The notes under the pieces: model-generated | What the model was told of the DNA's origin: nothing | The model's database searches: none | What the model saw: only the letters and a program-made list of their open reading frames with translations | From: a virus | Lineage: Duplodnaviria; Heunggongvirae; Uroviricota; Caudoviricetes | Virus record (IMG/VR): IMGVR_UViG_3300027692_000003 | DNA: 64,000 nucleotides | Reading direction: 5' to 3' (one strand) | In this document: one piece after another, positions 26,553 through 34,218 of the stretch | How the letters are laid out: each line of letters begins with the position of its first letter | Numbering within the stretch: position 1 is the first letter of the stretch | Position numbers and translations under genes: made by a program

Positions 26553-27353
26553 GTGGGCAGGGCCATGATCGGCACGATCAGGACCGGTGCACGAAAGTCC
26601 CGGACCCTGGGGGATATCGCGGGCCTCGCCGGCTCCATCGCGGTGGACGGGCAGCGGCACCCGGTCACGGTCAGCCCGGCGGGCCAGCTCATCACCGGTG
26701 CCCGGCGCCTGGCCGCCCGCGAGCACCTCGGCTGGGTCACGGTCCCGGCCCGGGTGATCACGACCTTCCAGGAAGCTGTCGACGCACTGAACGCCGAGCG
26801 TGCCGACGGCCGGCACGCGAAGCCGATGACCGTCGCTGAGATCATCGACCTGGAATCGGTGATGGCCGCGGAACTGGAATGGTGGCCCAGGCAGCAGCCA
26901 GGGAACGGTGACCGGATCCGCGGGAACGAGCGCCGTGCGGCGGTGGCGGCCGCGCTCGGGGTCAGCACCACGGTGTACCGGGACGGGAAGAGGATCGCCG
27001 CTGCTGCCCGCGGCGAGGCGTACGGCAGGACACCGGAACTGGTCACCCCCCGGGCCCGGCAGGCAGCAGCGGACGCGATGGCCGCGATCCGGGCCGGGAT
27101 ACCGGTCCCGGAGGCATACCGGCAGTTCACTGCGGCAGCATGGCCGGCGGCGGCGCCCCGGCCGAACCCGAGGCAGCGGCAGGCCGTCGCATCCGCTGTC
27201 GGCGCCCTCGCCGGGATCGCCGGCGCCCTGGCCAGTACCGGGCCGCTCGACCCGTCGATCAGCCCTGACGTCATCGCCGGCTGGGACACGTCCCTGACTG
27301 AGGCGATGGGACAGCTCCGGACGTTCCGGACGACACTGAGGAAGGCACCCTGA
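26553..27353 (+). CDS. ParB-like N-terminal (ParB/Srx) domain protein (GTG start, GAGGAAGGG RBS)
   Basis: TLGDIAGLAGSIAVDGQRHPVTVSPAGQLITGARRLAAREHLGWVTVPARVI (GxxRxxA motif). The 145-codon upstream extension of the track ORF is Arg/Pro-rich artefact. Confidence 0.6.
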   Translation: MGRAMIGTIRTGARKSRTLGDIAGLAGSIAVDGQRHPVTVSPAGQLITGARRLAAREHLGWVTVPARVITTFQEAVDALNAERADGRHAKPMTVAEIIDLESVMAAELEWWPRQQPGNGDRIRGNERRAAVAAALGVSTTVYRDGKRIAAAARGEAYGRTPELVTPRARQAAADAMAAIRAGIPVPEAYRQFTAAAWPAAAPRPNPRQRQAVASAVGALAGIAGALASTGPLDPSISPDVIAGWDTSLTEAMGQLRTFRTTLRKAP

Positions 27354-28210
27354 TGGCTGGAACGAGAGTTAAGACAGCACCTGAACCCGCCGCCCGGTCG
27401 GGCACCGCCGTGATCGAGATGATCCCGGTACGGGAGCTCGGGACCGACCCGGCGGTCAACACCCGCCCGGTCGACGAGAAATGGGTCACCGACCGTGTCC
27501 CCGTCTACACCCCGGCCGGGGTCGGCACCCTCACGGTGTCCCGCCGCGACGACGGCGAGCTCATCATCCTGGACGGGCAGCACCGCGCCGAGCTGATGCG
27601 GAATGCCGTCGGCATACAGGCGGTCGCCCAGTGCGAGGTGTACCAGGGGCTGGCCCTCAGCCAGGAAGCCGCGATCTTCCGTCTCCTGAACGACAAGCGT
27701 GCCCTGACCCCGCTGCACCGGTTCCTGGCCCTCATCACCGAAGGTGACCCGTCGGCCAGGGATGTCGCGGAGATCGCCGGCCTGTGCGGCTGGACCATCG
27801 CCGACAACACCCGCAACGGCACCCTCCGCTGCATCGGAGCCGTCCAGAAGATCCACCAGCAGGACAAGAACAGGAAGACCGGCGCCGACCCGGTGGCGCT
27901 CGCGCGGACCCTCCGCTGCATCACCGAGACGTGGGGCACCCGCGGTGACTCAGGATCGGCGTTCATCGTCGCCGGGATCGGCGGCGTCTTCGTGCAGTAC
28001 GAGGCGGCGGTCAAGCCTGAGATCATGACCGACCACCTCAAGACCGCGTACACCGACGCGACGGCACTGATCGCCCACGCCAGGGGCCTGGTCCAGTACG
28101 ACCGCGGCTCGATCGCGAACAGCGTCTCCAAGCTGGCGGTCAGGACATACAACAAGCGGCTGCAGTCCCGTAAGATCCCAGGCTGGCGCGGAGACGCCTT
28201 CAACGACTGA
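27353..28210 (+). CDS. DGQHR-motif (DndB-like / ParB-nuclease superfamily) protein, start overlaps the upstream stop (TGATG)
   Basis: IEMIPVRELGTDPAVNTRPVDEKWVTDRVP...LTVSRRDDGELIILDGQHRAELM. Confidence 0.6.
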   Translation: MAGTRVKTAPEPAARSGTAVIEMIPVRELGTDPAVNTRPVDEKWVTDRVPVYTPAGVGTLTVSRRDDGELIILDGQHRAELMRNAVGIQAVAQCEVYQGLALSQEAAIFRLLNDKRALTPLHRFLALITEGDPSARDVAEIAGLCGWTIADNTRNGTLRCIGAVQKIHQQDKNRKTGADPVALARTLRCITETWGTRGDSGSAFIVAGIGGVFVQYEAAVKPEIMTDHLKTAYTDATALIAHARGLVQYDRGSIANSVSKLAVRTYNKRLQSRKIPGWRGDAFND

Positions 28211-28227
28211 GGACAGGACCATCACCA

Positions 28228-28557
28228 GTGACACCCCCCCCCGTTGATCTCGCGGTAATCAGGGAACGGAATTCGGCCTGCATTACTGACCTCGTGACCA
28301 TGACCGTGCTCCGCAAGATGCCGTCCGCAGCCGAGGGACCGGCGATGTGGGAGCGCCTGGTGGAGTCCCTCCGGGATGTCGTGGTGATGGGAGGCGAGAT
28401 AGAGCGGCTGCGGGCGGGCCGGTACAAGATCCGTGACATTCATGCCCCGGCCCCGTCGGGTGACCCGTCGGTGCAGGGGGCGATCTGCACCGGCTGCTCC
28501 CTCCACGGCTCCCTGGTGACATGGCCGTGCGTGACCTGGAACGCTGTAGCGGAGTAA
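28228..28557 (+). CDS. hypothetical protein; GTG start followed by a C9 tract encoding PPP
   Basis: ORF VTPPPVDLAVIRERNSACITDLVTMTVLRKMPSAAEGPAMWERLVESLRDVVVMGGEIERLRAGRYKIRDIH... Confidence 0.4.
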   Translation: MTPPPVDLAVIRERNSACITDLVTMTVLRKMPSAAEGPAMWERLVESLRDVVVMGGEIERLRAGRYKIRDIHAPAPSGDPSVQGAICTGCSLHGSLVTWPCVTWNAVAE

Positions 28558-28687
28558 CCCGGACTCGCGACGCCACGCCGGGATCGGTGCTATGCGTGCA
28601 GGCCGGTTGCCGGTAGCGGCGCCCGGGTTACGCTGTGCGGCATGCTGCTGGTGAGGGACCTGCGTACTGGCGCGGCACCATAGGAAA

Positions 28688-28828
28688 CAGTGCCGTGTCC
28701 GCGGTGCCGGCATGGTCCGGGCACAGCCGCCCCCCCTTTTTCCCTGCGCGAGCCCCGCAGGACGCAGGGGGCAGCGGCACCCCCGTCCCCGTCGTACCGT
28801 GCCGGCACCGGGGACACGGCACATCCCG
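28688..28828 (+). ncRNA. structured RNA candidate: 23-bp near-perfect long-range inverted repeat enclosing ~90 nt with an internal C7T5 tract and a CCCTGCG/CGCAGGG hairpin (Y RNA-like Ro-binding stem candidate)
   Basis: GTGCCGTGTCCGCGGTGCCGGCA (~28691) pairs with TGCCGGCACCGGGGACACGGCAC (~28803). No ORF with coding character. Lies upstream of rsr. Confidence 0.35.
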
Positions 28829-28984
28829 GGCGGGGTCGAAGGCGACTGCTTACCTGCTGGAACCGGGAAGCCTGGGGTGCTGGGCCCGTCCCGGGGGAGC
28901 GCGATCCCCCGGGACGCTCAGCCTCGCAGGGCACCGGTTAGATACCGCAGCCGCCGGCACTGCTTATCCGCCCGGACCCAGGCG

Positions 28985-29115
28985 GCATGACCCTGGCGGG
29001 TCGAAGATGTCCGGTTACCACTGTTAATGGAGAGGTCGCAGGTTCGAGACCTGCCGGCCGGGGCAACCCGGCCGTAGCTCAGCTGGCAGAGCACTTAAAC
29101 CCCGGACGTCACACC
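28985..29115 (+). ncRNA. tRNA-like structured RNA module 1 (YrlA-type Y RNA candidate) with permuted order T-arm / closed acceptor-like hairpin / D-arm
   Basis: CCACTGTTAATGG is an anticodon-arm-like hairpin. GCAGGTTCGAGACCTGC is a T-arm-like hairpin with a TTCGAGA loop. CGGCCGGG-GCAA-CCCGGCCG is an 8-bp stem with a GNRA tetraloop. TAGCTCAGCTGGCAGAGCA is a D-arm. A flanking CCGGTTA/TTAAACCCCGG stem is possible. Confidence 0.4.
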
Positions 29116-29169
29116 CTTTATCCGCCGGGGCCTCGCCGGCCCCGTATTCCCGTCCCGACCTTTGTGTGC

Positions 29170-29280
29170 GGCCCCTGGCGGGTCGAACGAGTCCCGGTTA
29201 TCACAAGTTCGATTCTTGTAGGCCCCACCCCTTTGCGGGGCCTTCGCTCAGTGGCAGAGCATCCGGTCCTCACCTCACTC
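29170..29280 (+). ncRNA. tRNA-like structured RNA module 2 (tandem paralogue of module 1)
   Basis: Shares CCCTGGCGGGTCGAA-N4-TCCCGGTTA with module 1. ACAAGTTCGATTCTTGT is a T-arm. GGCCCC...GGGGCC is a hairpin. TTCGCTCAGTGGCAGAGCA is a D-arm. The TTATCCGCC(N)GG(R)CC motif recurs at ~28964, ~29118 and ~29279. Confidence 0.4.
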
Positions 29281-29347
29281 ATCCGCCAGGACCCCCGTCA
29301 CCGCCCCGTGTCCAGTTCAGGTCGCCCGTACCCCGGAAGGCGCAGCC

Positions 29348-31033
29348 ATGCCCCGTGATCCCCTGGCCTCCGTCACCACCCTCGCCACCCCGCAGAACCA
29401 GCCCGTCCCCGGCCGTGCTGACCAGGTACGGGATAACGCCGGCGGGTACGTGTTCGCGAAAGACCTGTGGACCAGGCTCGAGGATTTCCTGATCCTCGGC
29501 ACGGCCGGCGGGACGCATTATCTCGGTGAGGACAAGCTGACTGCTGACAACGCCGACGTGGTGTTCGAGGCGATCCGGGAGGACGGGCCGCGTGCCGTCA
29601 CCCTCCTCACGGACATCTCAGCATCGAGACCGCCCAGGGCACCGAAGAACCGGGGGTGCCTGTTCACGCTCGCCGCCGCGTCCGCGTCCGGCAACCCCGC
29701 TACGGTGCAGGCCGTCAAGGCGGCGGTACCCCTGGTCGCCCGGACCACCGGTCATCTCGCTGCCCTGTACGGGTACCGGAAGCAGTTCAAGGCGGCGGCG
29801 ACCCCCCGCGGGTACTCGTCGGTGGAGGGGCGGGCGTGGCGGTCCGCGCTTGCCGGCTGGTTCCTGACCGGGGACCCGGACTCGGTGGCGTGGCGGGCAT
29901 GCAAGGCGAAGTCGCGGAAGACTCCCGCCGGGGAGGACATGGCGCTGCGGGACATCATCCGCCTCGCCCACCCCAGGCCGGCCACTGCGGAGCAGGCGGC
30001 GCTGCTGGGGTGGCTGACCGGGAAGACCAGCGACGAGCAGGCCGCCGCGCTGCTGCCCGCCGTCGACGCGTACCTGACCGCCCGCGCCGTCACCACCGAG
30101 ACTGAGGCGGTCCGGGTGGTGACGGACCGGCGGGTCCCGTGGGAGTACCTGCCGTCGAAGTTCCAGGGATCGGCGGCAGTGTGGGAAGCACTCGCACCGG
30201 TCGCGGGGGTAACGGCGCTGCTGCGGAACCTGGCCCGCATGACCAGGATCGGCACCATCGCCCCGTTCGCCGCCGCCAATGTGGAGGTGGCACGGCGGCT
30301 CACCGACCCGCAGGTGCTGAGGCAGGGCCGGATACACCCGATGGACGTGTTCCTCGCCCTGCGGGTCTACCAGTCGGGCCGGTCCCAGCCGAACCCTGAC
30401 GAGCCGCCCAGCACGTGGCAGCCCGTCGCGGACATCTCCGACGCACTGGAGGAGGCGTACAGCCTGTCGTTCGGGCATACCGAGCCATCCGGGCGGCGGC
30501 TCCTGGTCGCCGTGGACTCGTCCGGGTCCATGACCGGGAAGGTGTACCGGAACGGCCCGGTAGTGCACCCGGTCACGTTCGGCGGATCGCCGATCGGCAC
30601 CCCGTATGAGGTGGCGTGCGCGGTCGCAGTCCAGATGAAGCGGATCGAGGGCGGCAACGTCCATGTCATCGACGTCGACGGCGCCGCGCACCCGTCGAAG
30701 GTGACCGCCCGGACGACCCTGCGGGAAATCAGCTCGTGGAAACCCAGCGGGGACCGCACGGACCTGTCCCTCCCGTTCATGTACGCGGCCCAGTATGACC
30801 TGAGGGTCGACGGGTTCCTGATCCTGTCCGACATGGAGACCTGGGCCGGGGGGCAGCACCCTTTCCAGGCCCTGTCCGCTTACCGGGCCCGGTACAACCC
30901 GCACGCGAGGGTGGTCGCCGCGGCGATCACTCCGGCGGGTCACGCCATCGGCGAGCCCGGCGACACGGGTGTGCTGAACATTGCCGGGATGGACTCCTCG
31001 CTGCCGCAGGTCATCGCCGGGTTCCTCCGGTGA
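29348..31033 (+). CDS. rsr: Ro60 orthologue (TROVE domain + C-terminal vWA with MIDAS)
   Basis: GGYVFAKDLWTRLEDFLILGTAGGTHYLGEDKLTADNADVVFEAIREDGPRAVTLL aligns with human Ro60 [52 protein letters not shown]. C-terminal LLVAVDSSGSMTG is a MIDAS DxSxS motif. GGAAGG RBS. Confidence 0.85.
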   Translation: MPRDPLASVTTLATPQNQPVPGRADQVRDNAGGYVFAKDLWTRLEDFLILGTAGGTHYLGEDKLTADNADVVFEAIREDGPRAVTLLTDISASRPPRAPKNRGCLFTLAAASASGNPATVQAVKAAVPLVARTTGHLAALYGYRKQFKAAATPRGYSSVEGRAWRSALAGWFLTGDPDSVAWRACKAKSRKTPAGEDMALRDIIRLAHPRPATAEQAALLGWLTGKTSDEQAAALLPAVDAYLTARAVTTETEAVRVVTDRRVPWEYLPSKFQGSAAVWEALAPVAGVTALLRNLARMTRIGTIAPFAAANVEVARRLTDPQVLRQGRIHPMDVFLALRVYQSGRSQPNPDEPPSTWQPVADISDALEEAYSLSFGHTEPSGRRLLVAVDSSGSMTGKVYRNGPVVHPVTFGGSPIGTPYEVACAVAVQMKRIEGGNVHVIDVDGAAHPSKVTARTTLREISSWKPSGDRTDLSLPFMYAAQYDLRVDGFLILSDMETWAGGQHPFQALSAYRARYNPHARVVAAAITPAGHAIGEPGDTGVLNIAGMDSSLPQVIAGFLR

Positions 31034-31058
31034 GGACCCCGCCCGGGGCCGGGGGTGC

Positions 31059-31478
31059 GTGGTGGCCCTGACGGACTGCCCGTACTGCGAGGAACGCCAC
31101 GGTGACCTGCTCCTGTGCCCTCCCGCGAAACGGTATCTCGACGCGGTTGCCGCACGCGGGCACCGGTTCGACCTCCCCGAGATCGAGTTCAGTGAACCGG
31201 TGGCCGGCGCCGGCATGTTCGGCGAGGACACGGTCCTGATGGCCCAGTTCCTGGCCAAGGCGGCGGTCGTCCAGGTCGCCGGGACCCACAAGCCGGTCCT
31301 CATCCTCACCGGTGTCTCCATCGACGGGACCCCGCTGCCGAACTGGCTGTACGCGGGGAACGCGGCCCAGATCCGCCGGGCCGTGAAGATCACCGCCGGG
31401 ATGGGCGAGATGGCGATCCGGCGGGCCCGCGACCTCAACCAGGCGCAGCCGCCCGGTCCCTTACCCCGTTTCCCGTGA
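31059..31478 (+). CDS. hypothetical protein downstream of rsr (start uncertain)
   Basis: ORF ...VVALTDCPYCEERHGDLLLCPPAKRYLDAVAARGHRFDLPEIEFSEPVAGAGMFGEDTVLMAQFLAKAAVVQVAGTHKPVLILTGVSIDGTPLPNW... Confidence 0.4.
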   Translation: MVALTDCPYCEERHGDLLLCPPAKRYLDAVAARGHRFDLPEIEFSEPVAGAGMFGEDTVLMAQFLAKAAVVQVAGTHKPVLILTGVSIDGTPLPNWLYAGNAAQIRRAVKITAGMGEMAIRRARDLNQAQPPGPLPRFP

Positions 31479-31559
31479 CCCGGGACACACCAGGGCACAG
31501 CCGCCGGCCCGGCTGCCGTGCCAGTCACGCCCACCCGGAAAAGGGGAAGAGGGAACTCG

Positions 31560-32525
31560 ATGGGATGGTTTATCTTCGCGGTCCTGCTCGCCATCATCGG
31601 CGCGCTCGCGCTGGCTGGCGGCGGCCTGGCGAAAGGCGAGTATAAGCGCGCCTACGGCGGGAAGCCGGAGCCGTGGGACTGGTCACTGCCAGTCCGGGCC
31701 GCCGGCGGCTTCGTGCTTCTGCTCTCGTTCGGCCTGTTCGCGGTGTCGGGCCTGAAGTCGGTCCCGGTGAAGAACATCGGCGTCCCGCAGGTATTCGGTG
31801 CGGTGACCGGCACCGTGCAGGGGCCCGGGATCCACGAGACGTGGACGCCGTGGCTGCACCTGACCGACGTGGACGAGACCGTCCAGACCACGACGTTCGA
31901 GGACTCCGGTAACGACACCGGGTCATCATGCAACGGCGGCCTCGCAGTCCGGATCGGCGGCCAGCAGACCGCGTGTGCCGACGTGACGATCCAGTGGCAG
32001 ATCCTGCCGGCAGCCGCGGACTCCCTGTTCAGCGACTACGCCAACCAGGGCAACCTGATGACCGAGATCACCAATGCCGTGGTGCTGCGCGAGTTCAAGA
32101 CCGTCGTCAACCAGGTCGTGGGTGACTACAACCCGATCACCGACGTGGAGTCCGTCGCGAATACGAACTCGGCGACCAGCGTGTTCTCCACGTTCGCGCC
32201 GACAATCCAGGCGGACATGACCCGTGACATCGGGTCCCGGATCAGGATCATCAGTGTTCAGCTGCCGCTGATGCATTACGACGCCACGGTGGAAGCCGCA
32301 CTGCAGTCGATCGCGAAGGAGAACGCGAGCTACGCCGTCGCTGTCGAGGAAGTGAAAGTCGACCAGGAGCAGGCCCTGGCCTACCGGCAGCTCGGCACAC
32401 CGTCCGAGAGCGCCCTGATCAGCGAGTGCCTCTCCGACGTGAAAGCAGCAGGCAGCAGCTGGCCGGTCAACGTCCAGTGCTTCCCGGGTGCCAGCTCAGG
32501 TGTGGCACTCTCCCAGGGAGGGTGA
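31560..32525 (+). CDS. membrane-anchored SPFH/band-7-like protein
   Basis: N-terminal TM MGWFIFAVLLAIIGALALAGGG, then a prohibitin/stomatin-like region (IQWQILPAAADSLFSDYANQGNLMTEITNAVVLREFKTVV...AALQSIAKENASYAVAVEEVKVDQEQALAYRQLG). Confidence 0.5.
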   Translation: MGWFIFAVLLAIIGALALAGGGLAKGEYKRAYGGKPEPWDWSLPVRAAGGFVLLLSFGLFAVSGLKSVPVKNIGVPQVFGAVTGTVQGPGIHETWTPWLHLTDVDETVQTTTFEDSGNDTGSSCNGGLAVRIGGQQTACADVTIQWQILPAAADSLFSDYANQGNLMTEITNAVVLREFKTVVNQVVGDYNPITDVESVANTNSATSVFSTFAPTIQADMTRDIGSRIRIISVQLPLMHYDATVEAALQSIAKENASYAVAVEEVKVDQEQALAYRQLGTPSESALISECLSDVKAAGSSWPVNVQCFPGASSGVALSQGG

Positions 32526-32587
32526 CGCCGGCGCCCGGAACAGGGCAGCTCCTCGCGCGGGGCCGCCGTCATCCGGGCATGACGAAA

Positions 32588-32635
32588 CCGCCCGCCTGCC
32601 TCCCCCGGTCAACGGGGAAGGCAGGCGGGCGGCTG
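32588..32635. terminator. Perfect 21-bp stem hairpin between convergent genes (bidirectional terminator candidate)
   Basis: CCGCCCGCCTGCCTTCCCCG-gtcaa-CGGGGAAGGCAGGCGGGCGG. Confidence 0.45.
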
Positions 32636-32655
32636 GGATGCGGCCTGGCGCGGGT

Positions 32656-32889
32656 TTAGGAGCCCGTCGACGGTGCCGGGGTGGCGGGGACCAGGGCGGT
32701 CACCGACGTGACCGTGGTGCCCAGCGACGCCACGGCGGCGTCGAGGCCGGACAGGTCCAGGGCAGGATTCGCTGCCTGGAGGGTGGTGATTTCCGCCTGG
32801 ATGGCGGTGACGTCCGCTGCCAGGGTCGTGACTGCCGTCTCGATGCCGGCGACGTCGGTGGCCAGGTCGGCTGCCTGCTCGCTCATGCT
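32656..32889 (-). CDS. small coiled-coil protein (start MSEQAADLATDVAG)
   Basis: Heptad-like repeats (...IETAVTTLAADVTAIQAEITTLQAANPALDLSGLDAAVASLGTTVTSV...) running Thr/Ala-rich (...ALVPATPAPSTGS). The upstream part of the track ORF is artefact. Confidence 0.4.
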   Translation of the reverse strand, partial: SMSEQAADLATDVAGIETAVTTLAADVTAIQAEITTLQAANPALDLSGLDAAVASLGTTVTSVTALVPATPAPSTGS

Positions 32890-32990
32890 GTGCCTGCTTT
32901 CTGCGGGAAATGAGGAGAGCACCCGGCGGGCTGCCGGGTGCTCAGGGGGTAAGAAGGTGCGCCTGCCACCCGGCCAGGGCCGGGCGGGGG

Positions 32991-33320
32991 CTAGAGGAAG
33001 GGGACGTCGACGATGAACGCGTTCACGGCGCAGGCCTGCACCGTGCCGGTCCCGGCCCACTCATACGTCCAGGTCGCGGAGTCCACCGCATCCGTGGTGT
33101 CCAGGTCGGCGTGGTACAGGCCGGCGGCGTCCCTGACGACGGGCGACGCCGGGTAGGTGACGGTGACGACGGCCTGCCCGGTACCGGGCCGGTACAGCAG
33201 GGTGACCACCGTCGGGTCGGCGAGGTCCCCGTCCTCGTTGACGAACCCGCCCGAAGGCGCCGAGACGCTGCCGGCATAGGTCGCTACCCGGATCAGGTTC
33301 CCCGCGGTATAGGTGTTCAC
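32991..33320 (-). CDS. phage structural protein (hypothetical)
   Basis: ORF MNTYTAGNLIRVATYAGSVSAPSGGFVNEDGDLADPTVVTLLYRPGTGQAVVTVTYPASPVVRDAAGLYHADLD... Confidence 0.45.
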   Translation of the reverse strand: MNTYTAGNLIRVATYAGSVSAPSGGFVNEDGDLADPTVVTLLYRPGTGQAVVTVTYPASPVVRDAAGLYHADLDTTDAVDSATWTYEWAGTGTVQACAVNAFIVDVPFL

Positions 33321-33329
33321 GAGGCCTCC

Positions 33330-34190
33330 CTAGGGCTGCCAGTCAGCTGCGAGGACGGAGGCGGGCTGCCAGTCGGCGGCGGTGACGGTGCCGGGGCCGA
33401 CCGGCGGGACGAGCTCACCTGTCCCGCCCGGGAGCGCCGTGGCGGTGAGTGCTGCCGCACCCTCACGGCGGGAGGTGCCTGCCGCGGACTGTGCTGCCGC
33501 GGTCCGCAGCGACGAAGGGCCGGCGGCGGTCTTGGCGGCGGCGGGCTGAGCCGTCCCGGTGCTGGTGATGGCGGAATACCCGGACACGGCCCGGGTACCG
33601 GACGTCCGCATGATCCCGGAAGAGAGGGCCTGTGACGTGCCGGGGGCGTGCCTGGCACCTGCGGCGGACAGGAAGCCCGTCTCGGTGATCGCGGATATTC
33701 CGGGCGGCTGTCCTGTCTCTGCGCCGAGGATGCCGCCTGCGGTGAGTGCCGCCTGCCCGGAAGCGGCCCGGATGCCGGCCGGTGACGTGCGCGCAGTCGC
33801 CGGCAGCCTGCCGGTGCCCGGTGCGGACTTCTGCCCGGCAGCTCCGGTGAGGGCGGCAGTAGTGGCCTGGGCGGTGCCGGCGCAGGCCTTGGCGCCTCGC
33901 GGTGCGGAGGCCGCGGCCCCGCTGAGAGCCCCTGTGCCCGGGGTTCTCCTGCTGCCCGCAGGGGCGTGCGTGCCGGCAGCGGTGAGCTCCGCGGTGCCGG
34001 CTGCCGCCCTGGTGCCCGCCGGGGTGCTGGTCCCGGTGCCGCAGATCCGGGAGGATCCCGACGCGGTCTTGACGCCGGCGGGGGCCGTCGTCCCGGCTGC
34101 GGTGACCGCGGACGTCCCGGTGTATGCGGGGACTGCCGTCAGCGGGGTGACCTTCGGCCGGAAGGGGAACGCTCGGCCTAGACGCGCCAT
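33330..34190 (-). CDS. repetitive Ala/Thr/Gly-rich fibre-like protein ending in tandem ADWQP motifs
   Basis: Short repeats of the A-G-T-x-A-P-A-G type throughout. C-terminus TAADWQPASVLAADWQP. Confidence 0.45.
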   Translation of the reverse strand: MARLGRAFPFRPKVTPLTAVPAYTGTSAVTAAGTTAPAGVKTASGSSRICGTGTSTPAGTRAAAGTAELTAAGTHAPAGSRRTPGTGALSGAAASAPRGAKACAGTAQATTAALTGAAGQKSAPGTGRLPATARTSPAGIRAASGQAALTAGGILGAETGQPPGISAITETGFLSAAGARHAPGTSQALSSGIMRTSGTRAVSGYSAITSTGTAQPAAAKTAAGPSSLRTAAAQSAAGTSRREGAAALTATALPGGTGELVPPVGPGTVTAADWQPASVLAADWQP

Positions 34191-34218
34191 GTGACCCTCC
34201 GGCCGTTACGCGGGACGG

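Noticed and set aside
26118-27353. 411-aa version of the ParB-like gene
   Set aside because: The first 145 codons are Arg/Pro repeats (RRRPPRSPRRRGDRPP...). An in-frame GTG with a good RBS at 26553 gives a sensible ParB N-terminus.
28985-29036. Canonical tRNA-Asn gene (anticodon-loop CTGTTAA, T-arm, acceptor 3' strand)
   Set aside because: No matching 5' acceptor strand or D-arm upstream. The acceptor-like strand instead pairs with the sequence immediately downstream through a GCAA loop. This gives a permuted tRNA-like module, not a tRNA gene.
29618-31597. 659-aa minus-strand ORF
   Set aside because: Antisense to the clearly homologous Ro60 gene. Arg/Gly/Pro-rich artefact.
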